This document shows positions 56,874 to 64,000 of a stretch of 64,000 nucleotides of DNA, in pieces; the stretch's first letter is position 1, and every line of letters starts with the position of its first letter. Origin of the DNA: a virus (Duplodnaviria > Caudoviricetes); IMG/VR virus record IMGVR_UViG_2930337131_000001, positions 64,054-128,053 of that record; one strand, given 5' to 3'. Made by a program: the position numbers and the translations under genes. The notes below the pieces were generated by a model that was not told the origin of the DNA, searched no databases, and saw only the letters and a program-made list of their open reading frames with translations.

Positions 56874-57826
56874 GCAAGCCCAAGGACTGGGAAGCAGAGA
56901 CCGACTGGGGCAGCCTCGGCGGCGGTGGCTCCGGCAAGACGGCCGAGAAGCTGGCGAAGAACGAGAAGACGACCGAGGAGCAGCGTGCGGCCGCACGCGC
57001 ATCCCAGATCGAGAAGGCCGTCGCCGAAGCTATCGAGGACGCCAGGCCCGGACTGCACAAGGTTCCCGACCCCGTTGAGCCCGCCGGGGAGGGCGCGCTC
57101 ACCGACGAGGAACAAGTGCGGTACCGGGAATGCCTCGAGGGCGTCGACCTGGGCAATCAGGCATGGTTCATCCAGGGCAAGGCGCTCGACACGATCGCCG
57201 TGGGCCGGCTGTTCCGCGACACCCCGCACAAGCTCGAGCCGCACCGCAACTACGAGACGATCGAGGAGTGGGCGCCGCTGGAGAAGGGCGTGTCGGTCGG
57301 CCAGTGCAGCAAGCTGCGCGCGGCCTGGGCGATCGGGGAGGTCCTCGCGGCGCGTGGCTACGACGCCAACCCTGGCCAGGTCCGGGAGATCGTGCCGGTC
57401 CGCAACGCCTTCAACCTGAACGCGGCCGTCGCGCTGTACGTCCTGGTCGCCGACACCTGGGGCCAGGACAAGGTCACGGCCGAGCGGCTGCGCAACACCG
57501 TCAAGATGCTGCCCGGCGACCTGGAGCTCGACGAGGACGAGGACGTCGACGCCCTGGCGAAGACCATCAAGGGCGTGCTCGTCGAGGAGCTGCAGCCGCC
57601 CGTCTCGCACGCGATCCCGGCCGCGGTGACCCGGGCCGTCGACAAGCGGGCCATCGGCATCGCGGACGCCCTCAACCGGCCGCGGATTCCCCGCTCGGAG
57701 GTGACCCGCCAACTCATGCAGGCGTTCGCCGACCCGGAGGACTCCACGGTCTTCGACATCGTCCTCGAGCGGATGAAGGCGGAGGAGGCGGCCGCGAAGA
57801 AGGCCGCGAGGAAGGCGCTGGAGTAG
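56870..57826 (+). CDS. Non-canonical ParA partner (putative centromere-binding protein)
   Basis: GTGA overlap with parA; disordered N-terminus; no GxxR CTPase motif seen. Confidence 0.6.
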   Translation: MSKPKDWEAETDWGSLGGGGSGKTAEKLAKNEKTTEEQRAAARASQIEKAVAEAIEDARPGLHKVPDPVEPAGEGALTDEEQVRYRECLEGVDLGNQAWFIQGKALDTIAVGRLFRDTPHKLEPHRNYETIEEWAPLEKGVSVGQCSKLRAAWAIGEVLAARGYDANPGQVREIVPVRNAFNLNAAVALYVLVADTWGQDKVTAERLRNTVKMLPGDLELDEDEDVDALAKTIKGVLVEELQPPVSHAIPAAVTRAVDKRAIGIADALNRPRIPRSEVTRQLMQAFADPEDSTVFDIVLERMKAEEAAAKKAARKALE

Positions 57827-57846
57827 CCGCACGGCGCCCGAAGACA

Positions 57847-57881
57847 CGGAGGCCCGGCCATAGGTGGTGGCCGGGCCTCCG
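57847..57881. terminator. Hairpin repeat, copy 1
   Basis: CGGAGGCCCGGCCA-taggtgg-TGGCCGGGCCTCCG. Confidence 0.7.
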
Positions 57882-57894
57882 CGCGCGTACAGCG

Positions 57895-58584
57895 TCAGTT
57901 CCGGCGCGCCATACGGGACAGCTCGTGCGCCTTCCCCGGCTTCTTCCACTCGGCGAACCGGGCGCCGTACACCTGATCGACCTTGCCGTCGGTCATCTTC
58001 ACCGCGTATCCGCCCTCGGCGATCTCGAACGGCTTGGTCAGCTTCTCCAGGAAGTCGTACGCCTCGCCCGTCGACTGCGAGTCGAACCAGGCCTGCGTCA
58101 CGAAGTCCGACACGCTGACCTTCCGGCCGCCCACCTTCACCTCGTACGCGAAGTTCTCGACCGGGTCGCACACCTCGTACGCCCACAGCGCGCCGTCCGC
58201 GTCCGACGCCCAGAGCTGCACCCGCGGGTCCAGGTACGCCTCGAGGACCTCGTGCGACAGCACCGCGGACACCGACAGCTCCCCCTCCAGGGCACTGCCC
58301 CCGTTGTCGAACACGGGGCCCGCGAACACCTTGCCGTAGATCGCGTCACCGTCCTTCGTGTGCCAGCCCAGGGCGCCGGCCTGGTCGGAGTCGTCGAACA
58401 CCCCGATGACGTAGGCGCCCGGCGGGACGGGCGCGTTCTTCTCCATGTAGACCACCGACAGCGGCTTGACGCCCCACTCCGGCGCGACGTCCCGGCGTAC
58501 CTGCGTGGCGCAGGCCCGCGCGGCGAGCTGGACGTCCCCGTCGCTGATACGGGACGAGTGGTTGACGACCGCGATGAACACCAT
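57895..58584 (-). CDS. Putative zinc metallopeptidase-like protein
   Basis: ALGWH, SHEVLEAYLDP and EVCDPV motifs; GAGG RBS. Confidence 0.6.
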   Translation of the reverse strand: MVFIAVVNHSSRISDGDVQLAARACATQVRRDVAPEWGVKPLSVVYMEKNAPVPPGAYVIGVFDDSDQAGALGWHTKDGDAIYGKVFAGPVFDNGGSALEGELSVSAVLSHEVLEAYLDPRVQLWASDADGALWAYEVCDPVENFAYEVKVGGRKVSVSDFVTQAWFDSQSTGEAYDFLEKLTKPFEIAEGGYAVKMTDGKVDQVYGARFAEWKKPGKAHELSRMARRN

Positions 58585-58682
58585 GCGTATGCCTCACAAA
58601 CTGGCTCCGCCCCGGCCTGGTTGCCGGAAGCGGACCGCACGGTGACCCGGGCGGGGGCATTGCGTCGCGTGCCCGGACGCAC

Positions 58683-58717
58683 CGAGGGCCCGGCCATAGG
58701 TGGTGGCCGGGCCCTCG
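58683..58717. terminator. Hairpin repeat, copy 2
   Basis: CGAGGGCCCGGCCA-taggtgg-TGGCCGGGCCCTCG. Confidence 0.7.
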
Positions 58718-58768
58718 TGGGTTCTTCTCACGCAGGATAGGGCAGTTGATGGGGCGTTGGGCCAGGGG

Positions 58769-59821
58769 TCAGAACTCGTCGTCCTCCGGGTCCGTGATCA
58801 CGCCGAGCTCCAGGTCGTAGCGCACGGCCGTGTGGACGTACCCGGCCTCGTCGATCCGCCACCTTGCCCGTTGAACGGCCTTGACCGGCACCGGCACGCA
58901 CGCCTCCTCGACGCGGGCCGGGCCGCCCGCCGACGGCTTGTAGCCCTCCTCGACGGGGTCGAGGACCACCAGGAGACAGTGCCCGCTGTCCTTGACGTAG
59001 CAGTGCCACGGCGCCAACTCGGCGGGCAGTTCCCCGGGGTACGGGCGATCGAGGAGCAGACCGGCCAGCGTCCGCCGCACGATCGTCTGCGGGGACGTCG
59101 CAGTGCCGCCCGTCGCCGACGGGGTGAAGCACCGCACCGGCGGGGCCTCCAACTGGAAGTGCCGGCGGGCCTGCTTCCGCACCCTGGGCAGCGGCGCCAT
59201 CTGCTCCTCGTCGACGGCCCCGGTGTCGATGGCCGTCCACGCCCCGAACAGCCCGCGGAACATGCCGTACGCCGGATCGGCGGGGTTGCTGACCTGGACG
59301 GGCCACGCCTGCGGGGGAAGGTGCACCTCCTCGTGGTAGGTCAGCGGCCCGTTCACACCCAGCGCGGTCGGCGAGCACAAGCCGAGCCGGTCGGCGACCT
59401 GGGTGTCGCTCCACCACGACGCCCACGTCCCGCCGTCGTACGCCACGCCCCAGCTCGCGGCCCGGATCGGGATACCGCTGCGCAGGTACATCGGAGGCTT
59501 CTCCCACACCAGGAACCCGGCCGGGGACGGGAGGAGCTGCTCGACGGCCTGGTGCCGGAGCTCAACCGCGGCCGCCACCTCGCAGGCCGCCGCGTCGAAG
59601 TAGTACAGATCCGCCGTCGACAGCCGCTCCCGCTCCGCGGCCGCCAACGCCGCGGCGCGGTCCTCGAGCCGGGGCAGGGCCGCCACCTGCGGAGGCATCA
59701 CGAACCGCACCCCTTGGCCCATCATGTGGGCCCACGCAAGAGCGGCGTTGGCCCGTGTGAAGTCCAGGGTCGGCACCCACAGCTCGTGAGTGGACTCCGG
59801 GGGGTACTCGCGGTCAGACAC
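58769..59821 (-). CDS. Hypothetical protein
   Basis: GAGGAG RBS before GTG; LPSPAGFLVW motif. Confidence 0.65.
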   Translation of the reverse strand: MSDREYPPESTHELWVPTLDFTRANAALAWAHMMGQGVRFVMPPQVAALPRLEDRAAALAAAERERLSTADLYYFDAAACEVAAAVELRHQAVEQLLPSPAGFLVWEKPPMYLRSGIPIRAASWGVAYDGGTWASWWSDTQVADRLGLCSPTALGVNGPLTYHEEVHLPPQAWPVQVSNPADPAYGMFRGLFGAWTAIDTGAVDEEQMAPLPRVRKQARRHFQLEAPPVRCFTPSATGGTATSPQTIVRRTLAGLLLDRPYPGELPAELAPWHCYVKDSGHCLLVVLDPVEEGYKPSAGGPARVEEACVPVPVKAVQRARWRIDEAGYVHTAVRYDLELGVITDPEDDEF

Positions 59822-59928
59822 AGGTTCTCCTCGATACTGATGCGGGGCGGAGCCGCTATCACCGGTTCCGCCCCGCTCACTTTGCCGCAGTGCACTGACA
59901 CCGTGGGCCGGGTCAGTGGAACGCCTCA

Positions 59929-60213
59929 TCAGGGCGCGTCGTCGACCAGCGCGGTGTAGAAGTCGGGCGCCGTGCCGGGGCCGGGGTGGTGCGGCTCCCA
60001 CTCGACGTCAACGTCCCGGCTCTCGAGCGTCTTGCCCAGGTAGTCCTCGGCCCAGCGCTTCGCGGACTCCACGTCGTCGGGGCCGATCCTGTCCGTCGTC
60101 TCGTACACGATCGTGTCGGCGCCGGCGCCGTGCCGGATGGTCCATGCGGCGTCCGGGCTCCCCTCCGCCTCGTACCCGAGCGTCCAACGCGGCTGCTGTG
60201 TCGCCTCGTTCAT
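59929..60213 (-). CDS. Hypothetical protein
   Basis: GAGG RBS; 94 aa. Confidence 0.6.
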   Translation of the reverse strand: MNEATQQPRWTLGYEAEGSPDAAWTIRHGAGADTIVYETTDRIGPDDVESAKRWAEDYLGKTLESRDVDVEWEPHHPGPGTAPDFYTALVDDAP

Positions 60214-60282
60214 GTCCGTCCTCTCACGGTGCGTGCAGTGTGCGCGTCATACTGCCGGGCGGCGCTGACACCGCCCGGCTGA

Positions 60283-60783
60283 TCAGGCAATTTCCATCCC
60301 GGCGTAGCACGCCGAGTGATCCCAGTCGTCGGCCACCGGGTAGCCGCAGAAGCACTCCCCCTCGAGCGCGGGCAGGCCGCGCATACGGCGCTGCAGCGCG
60401 GCCATCAGGTCGGTGCGGTGGATCCACCCGCGCTCGCTGACCATGTCCAGGAGCTGCGCCTGGCCGCGGTTGTACGCGTCCCATGCCACGTCTCCGCTGG
60501 GCTCCGGCCCGTGGGTCGCCTCCCACGCCAGGTGAGTACCGGTCTCCTCCTCGAGCCGGGCGACGAACCCATAGATCCGGCTGCAGCGCATCCCGTCGAG
60601 CTCGTCCAGGCGCCAGATGTTCCGCTCAGCGTCCTGCCACCAAGTCGACTGGAACAGCAGGTCCGACCAGTGGTCCACGGGCTGCCGCCGGCCGCGGAGG
60701 ATCTCGAAGTGGTCGTCGAACCACTGCTCCTCGAGCTGGGCCCGGCGCTCGGCTCGCCCGCGGGCCAGGTAGGAGCTATGCAC
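60283..60783 (-). CDS. Hypothetical protein with C-terminal CxC..H..C
   Basis: GGAGG RBS. Confidence 0.6.
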   Translation of the reverse strand: MHSSYLARGRAERRAQLEEQWFDDHFEILRGRRQPVDHWSDLLFQSTWWQDAERNIWRLDELDGMRCSRIYGFVARLEEETGTHLAWEATHGPEPSGDVAWDAYNRGQAQLLDMVSERGWIHRTDLMAALQRRMRGLPALEGECFCGYPVADDWDHSACYAGMEIA

Positions 60784-61096
60784 GGCGCGCCCTCCTGCCG
60801 TACCCGCGCTCGGCCAGGTCCGCGGCGGCCTTCATGATGGCGACCCCGTCCGGGTGGTCGTACACGGCGCGGACGATCGCGTCGTGCCACGCCTGTTGGC
60901 CGCGCAGCACCCGGGCCGACGCGGCGTCCTTGCGGCGCGCGGCCTCGAGCTGCTGCTCGATCGTGGGGCAGTGGCAGACCTCGAGGTCCGGGTTCTCCAC
61001 CCGGGCGTGACACCCGGGGATGAGGTACCGGCCGCCGTGCTCGTCCTCCCACCAGTGGCAGACCAGCGTGCGGCCCTCGGCTCGCTTACCGGCCAC
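60776..61096 (-). CDS. Hypothetical Cys-containing protein
   Basis: Overlaps both neighbours in the operon; start codon uncertain. Confidence 0.5.
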   Translation of the reverse strand: MAGKRAEGRTLVCHWWEDEHGGRYLIPGCHARVENPDLEVCHCPTIEQQLEAARRKDAASARVLRGQQAWHDAIVRAVYDHPDGVAIMKAAADLAERGYGRRARRA

Positions 61097-61736
61097 GGCG
61101 CGGCGTCCCGTTCCGCACGTCCCGGCGGGCGCGCATCGCCGCACTGGCAGCCGCCTCGTCCTCGGCGCTGGGCGGCTGGATGTTGAGAGCGGCCAGGACG
61201 GCGCTCAGGATCGTGCCCGGGTCGGCGCCCGGCTCACCGGCGGCGCCCTCGATCGCGTGCCAAGCGCGGTCGTGCTCGCCCGGGGTGAGCACCCGCGGCG
61301 GCTGCACGTTCCCGGCCGCTCGCTGCTGCGCGTACTGGGCAGCCGCGGTGAGCGCGTCGCGCAGCTCCGGCAGCCGGCCCGTGAGGACGACGACGCGCAC
61401 CGTGGCGCCCTCGTCGTCATCGTTCGCCTGCCTGGTCACCTCGAACGTGGTCCAGGTGCCGCCCGGCAACACGGTCAGGCTGTCACCGGTGTGGTCGGTG
61501 GCGTGGTACTCACGCCGGGCGTGGAGCGCGGCGTCGAGCTCGTCGGCCTGCTCGATCGTGAGCCACATACTGACGACGTCGCCGCCGAGGGCGAGGTTCT
61601 CGCCCTCGACCCACACGTACGGGCGCTTAGACGCGTCGGTCGCGGTGCGCAGGATCAGCCGGTGGTTCTGTCCGTCGGTGTAGCAGTACGGGAACGTGGG
61701 CTGCTCGAGGACGGCGGCGGTCAGGTCGTTGGGCAT
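61086..61736 (-). CDS. Hypothetical protein
   Basis: AGGAG RBS. Confidence 0.6.
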   Translation of the reverse strand: MPNDLTAAVLEQPTFPYCYTDGQNHRLILRTATDASKRPYVWVEGENLALGGDVVSMWLTIEQADELDAALHARREYHATDHTGDSLTVLPGGTWTTFEVTRQANDDDEGATVRVVVLTGRLPELRDALTAAAQYAQQRAAGNVQPPRVLTPGEHDRAWHAIEGAAGEPGADPGTILSAVLAALNIQPPSAEDEAAASAAMRARRDVRNGTPRRGR

Positions 61737-61763
61737 GGTCGTCTCCTGATGACGGGCGGGCGG

Positions 61764-61895
61764 TCAGGCGGGCTGCGGGACGGACAGGCTGGGGAGCTCG
61801 AGGGGCCACGGCCGGCGGCGGGCGAACTCGACGCGGTCCGGCTTCCATCGGCCGCTGTTCGGCTTGCGGCGGCGGGGCGTGACGTTCCATCGCAT
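61764..61895 (-). CDS. Small basic 43-aa protein (not in the ORF track)
   Basis: AGGAAGG RBS; MRWNVTPRRRKPNSGRWKPDRVEFARRRPWPLELPSLSVPQPA. Confidence 0.4.
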   Translation of the reverse strand: MRWNVTPRRRKPNSGRWKPDRVEFARRRPWPLELPSLSVPQPA

Positions 61896-61922
61896 GGCGG
61901 TGCCTTCCTGGGCAGGTGGTGG

Positions 61923-62255
61923 TCAAGCGGCTTGAGTGCCGGGGCGGGTCTGGTCCGCGGCCGGGGACGGCAGGAGACGGAGGTGACGGCGCAGTTCCGC
62001 GGTCTCGCGGGCGTGCGCGCGGTTGTACTCGCGGCGCCGCTCTGCGGCCGGGGACTTGTCCTGCCATCCGTCCAGGGCGGCGAGGAGGTCGGCCATGTGC
62101 TGCGCCTGCTCCTCCGGCGTCCACCGGCGGATGGGGCGGGGCTCCGGCGGGCGTGTGGGGAGCGGCGGCAGCGTTGCGGGGCGCTGGACGGGCTCGCCGC
62201 GGCCGAACTTGCCGGTGGGCCACTGCTCGGCCATCAGGCGCTCGTACGGGTCCAT
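61923..62255 (-). CDS. Hypothetical protein
   Basis: AGGAG RBS before ATG 62255. Confidence 0.55.
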   Translation of the reverse strand: MDPYERLMAEQWPTGKFGRGEPVQRPATLPPLPTRPPEPRPIRRWTPEEQAQHMADLLAALDGWQDKSPAAERRREYNRAHARETAELRRHLRLLPSPAADQTRPGTQAA

Positions 62256-62326
62256 CTCGCATCTCCTGCCGGTTGTGCGGGTGGTGGAGCAGGGGCCGGG
62301 CGCGCGGCGGCGCCCGGCCGGTGGGT

Positions 62327-62839
62327 CTACTTGGCGGGGGCCTCGGGGGCGCGGCTGCACTTGCACTTGTGGCCGCAGCGGTCGCAGTCCTCGCAGAGCT
62401 CGTGCGGGCAGCAGCCGCACGGCAGGCGGCGGGTGGGCGGCAGCGTGCAGCGGTGCGCCGCGTCCTCCTCGGCGGCCGCGTCGACCTGGTCCAGGAGGGC
62501 CATGGCGGCGCGCACGGCGACGGGGTCGGCGAGGGTCTCGGCCCGCACTGCGGACTCGTGGGCGTCGAGCATGGCCTTCGCCTCGTCGTGGTAGACGGGC
62601 CCGCCGGCGAACGGGGCGACGAGGTGGTTGAAGATCGGGCGGCGCGTCTCCCGGGACGGGGTCGGCGGCGCGGCGCCCAGCTCGTCGGCCTGGTGGTCCA
62701 GCCACATCGCGGACGCGAGCACGCCCGTGTGCGTGTTGGAGTGCGCGGTGTCCGGGAGCTGCAGTTCCCTCTCGCGCAGGAAGCGGGCGGCCATGCGCAA
62801 GACGCGGGCGTCCTGCTGGGTGAAGACGACGGGGTCCAT
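62327..62839 (-). CDS. Hypothetical protein with Cys-rich C-terminus
   Basis: CGCCPHELCEDCDRCGHKCKC; GAAGG RBS. Confidence 0.6.
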   Translation of the reverse strand: MDPVVFTQQDARVLRMAARFLRERELQLPDTAHSNTHTGVLASAMWLDHQADELGAAPPTPSRETRRPIFNHLVAPFAGGPVYHDEAKAMLDAHESAVRAETLADPVAVRAAMALLDQVDAAAEEDAAHRCTLPPTRRLPCGCCPHELCEDCDRCGHKCKCSRAPEAPAK

Positions 62840-62917
62840 CAGGGGTTGTCCTTCCAGGGACAGGAGTGGTGGAAGTGCCGGACCGCCTGGGGGAACGTCG
62901 CGGCCCGGACGGCTGTG

Positions 62918-63370
62918 TCAGAACAGGCCGGACTGTCCGGCGGCCTCGAGCTCCTGGCGCGCCGTCTCGGTGGCCTTCTCGGCCTCCTGGCGGCGGAGCT
63001 GCGCGACGAGCGGGGCCTGGCGCTGCGCCTCGGCCGTCTTGCGGGCCTGCAGCTCCGCGGACGTCGCCCAGCGCGTCATCACCTCGTGGTCGGCGAGCTC
63101 GGGCACGTCACCGAGCGCGGTGCACCTGACGTGCGGGCTCTCGAGACGGCCGGTGACCTCGGCGAGGGTCCGGAGCCAGTTCGGGCCGTACGCGCCGACG
63201 ATGACGACGAGCGTCCCGGCCGCGTCGAAGCCCTGCCGCAGGGAGAACCCGTCGGCCGCGTGCTGGTCGGGCCCGCCGGCCTTCTGCTCGTAGACGTCAA
63301 GGCCGAGGTCGACCAGCCCGCCCTCGACGAGATGGCGGCGGATCGTGGACGTGCGCGTGGCTCGAGACAT
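62918..63370 (-). CDS. Hypothetical protein ending in QSGLF
   Basis: GAGG RBS; C-terminus resembles a clamp-binding motif. Confidence 0.6.
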   Translation of the reverse strand: MSRATRTSTIRRHLVEGGLVDLGLDVYEQKAGGPDQHAADGFSLRQGFDAAGTLVVIVGAYGPNWLRTLAEVTGRLESPHVRCTALGDVPELADHEVMTRWATSAELQARKTAEAQRQAPLVAQLRRQEAEKATETARQELEAAGQSGLF

Positions 63371-63504
63371 GGGTGTCCTCGCTTCGTGGTCTGGGCCGGT
63401 GCTCTCCGGCCCGGGGCGGTGCGCCCTGCTCCTGCGCCGGGTGGGCCGGTTCAGGGGCGGAGCGCACCGCCCGCCGTGGGGTGGCGGGCGATGCTGGGGG
63501 CGGG

Positions 63505-63831
63505 CTACGCCAGGGCGACGGTGACCAGGACGTCGGAGAAGTACGTGTCGGGGTGCTCGCCGTCGTTGATCTCGAGGCCCTGGAACTCCCAGTCCGCGGC
63601 GATGTCCGCGGCGAGCTCGGCGCGGCCCTTGCGCAGCGCGTCACCGTGGCTGACGGCCTCCACGGAGAACCAGTCGAGACCGGAGTCACGCAGCGACACC
63701 CACGCGGCGTTGGAGTTGTCGCCGACGCGGACGGCCTCCGGCAGGATGCGGCGGATCTCGAACCCGGCGACGGGGCGGTCGGTGTAGACGACGGTGAAGC
63801 TGCGCAGGGTCTTGTGCAGGGTCAGGGACAT
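63505..63831 (-). CDS. Hypothetical protein
   Basis: GAGG RBS after an AGAGCA hairpin leader. Confidence 0.6.
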   Translation of the reverse strand: MSLTLHKTLRSFTVVYTDRPVAGFEIRRILPEAVRVGDNSNAAWVSLRDSGLDWFSVEAVSHGDALRKGRAELAADIAADWEFQGLEINDGEHPDTYFSDVLVTVALA

Positions 63832-63920
63832 GGGGTTCCTCACTTCGTGGTGGGGGGCCGGTGCTCTCCGGCCCCGGGGGTGGGGCGCCCACGGCGGGCG
63901 CCCCTGGGGAGCTGCCGCGG

Positions 63921-64000
63921 TCAGGCGGCGAGCAGAAGCTGGGGGTCGTCCGGCAGGCTGTTGAGGAGCGCGTTCCGCCAGGCGATGGCGTACTTGGGGC
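63921..64000 (-). CDS. 3' end of a gene entering from beyond the window
   Basis: ...PKYAIAWRNALLNSLPDDPQLLLAA*. Confidence 0.4.
   Translation of the reverse strand, partial: PKYAIAWRNALLNSLPDDPQLLLAA

Larger units (their letters stand above)
1..64000. mobile_element. Temperate siphovirus-like phage-plasmid / prophage segment (Actinomycetota, Streptomyces-like)
   Basis: Head-tail-lysis gene order occurs together with ParA and partner, a TA pair, an iteron-bearing initiator and a DUF2637 gene. No host housekeeping genes and no integrase in the window. Confidence 0.85.

Noticed and set aside
1-64000. tRNA/rRNA genes, integrase/att sites, transposases
   Set aside because: None recognised by eye. 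The IstB-like ATPase has no IstA partner and sits in a replication operon. tRNAscan/Infernal would be needed to exclude small RNAs.

Overview
High-GC (Streptomyces-like) window that reads as most of a temperate siphovirus-type phage-plasmid. No integrase, portal or large terminase is visible in the window. 1-33.1 kb (+) is a virion module: a giant polyvalent-type protein, an Rmf/CrpP-fold protein, a prohead protease-Nudix polyprotein, an HK97 major capsid protein, a metallophosphoesterase, a GP88 protein, a poly-gamma-glutamate hydrolase, head-tail and tail genes with a -1 frameshifted chaperone, a tape measure protein, a 1837-aa tail fibre and holin-like genes. Next come a structured non-coding leader (33.2-33.5 kb) and an ~800-bp non-coding tract with about 40 GCGCGC blocks (34.3-35.1 kb). 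A leftward replication/recombination operon follows (Sak4-like ATPase, DUF2637 protein, DnaC/IstB-like loader, HTH initiator). Then come ParB-like, TerS-like, endolysin and ssb genes, a BldN-like ECF sigma factor with an RsbN-like neighbour, a second initiator carrying six intragenic iterons, and a MazEF-like TA pair. A five-gene cassette follows: EspR-like XRE, HExxH peptidase, MAB_1171c-like membrane protein, PAP2 phosphatase and cis-prenyltransferase. It is a candidate isoprenoid signalling system. The window ends with parA plus partner and small early genes. Three recurrent cis-elements were found by eye: a late-promoter motif (GCGACR-N17/18-CANNNT, about 15 copies), a 28-bp parS-like palindromic element (3 copies) and an AGAGCA-loop leader hairpin (6 copies). 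All family assignments come from motif recognition, not database searches.
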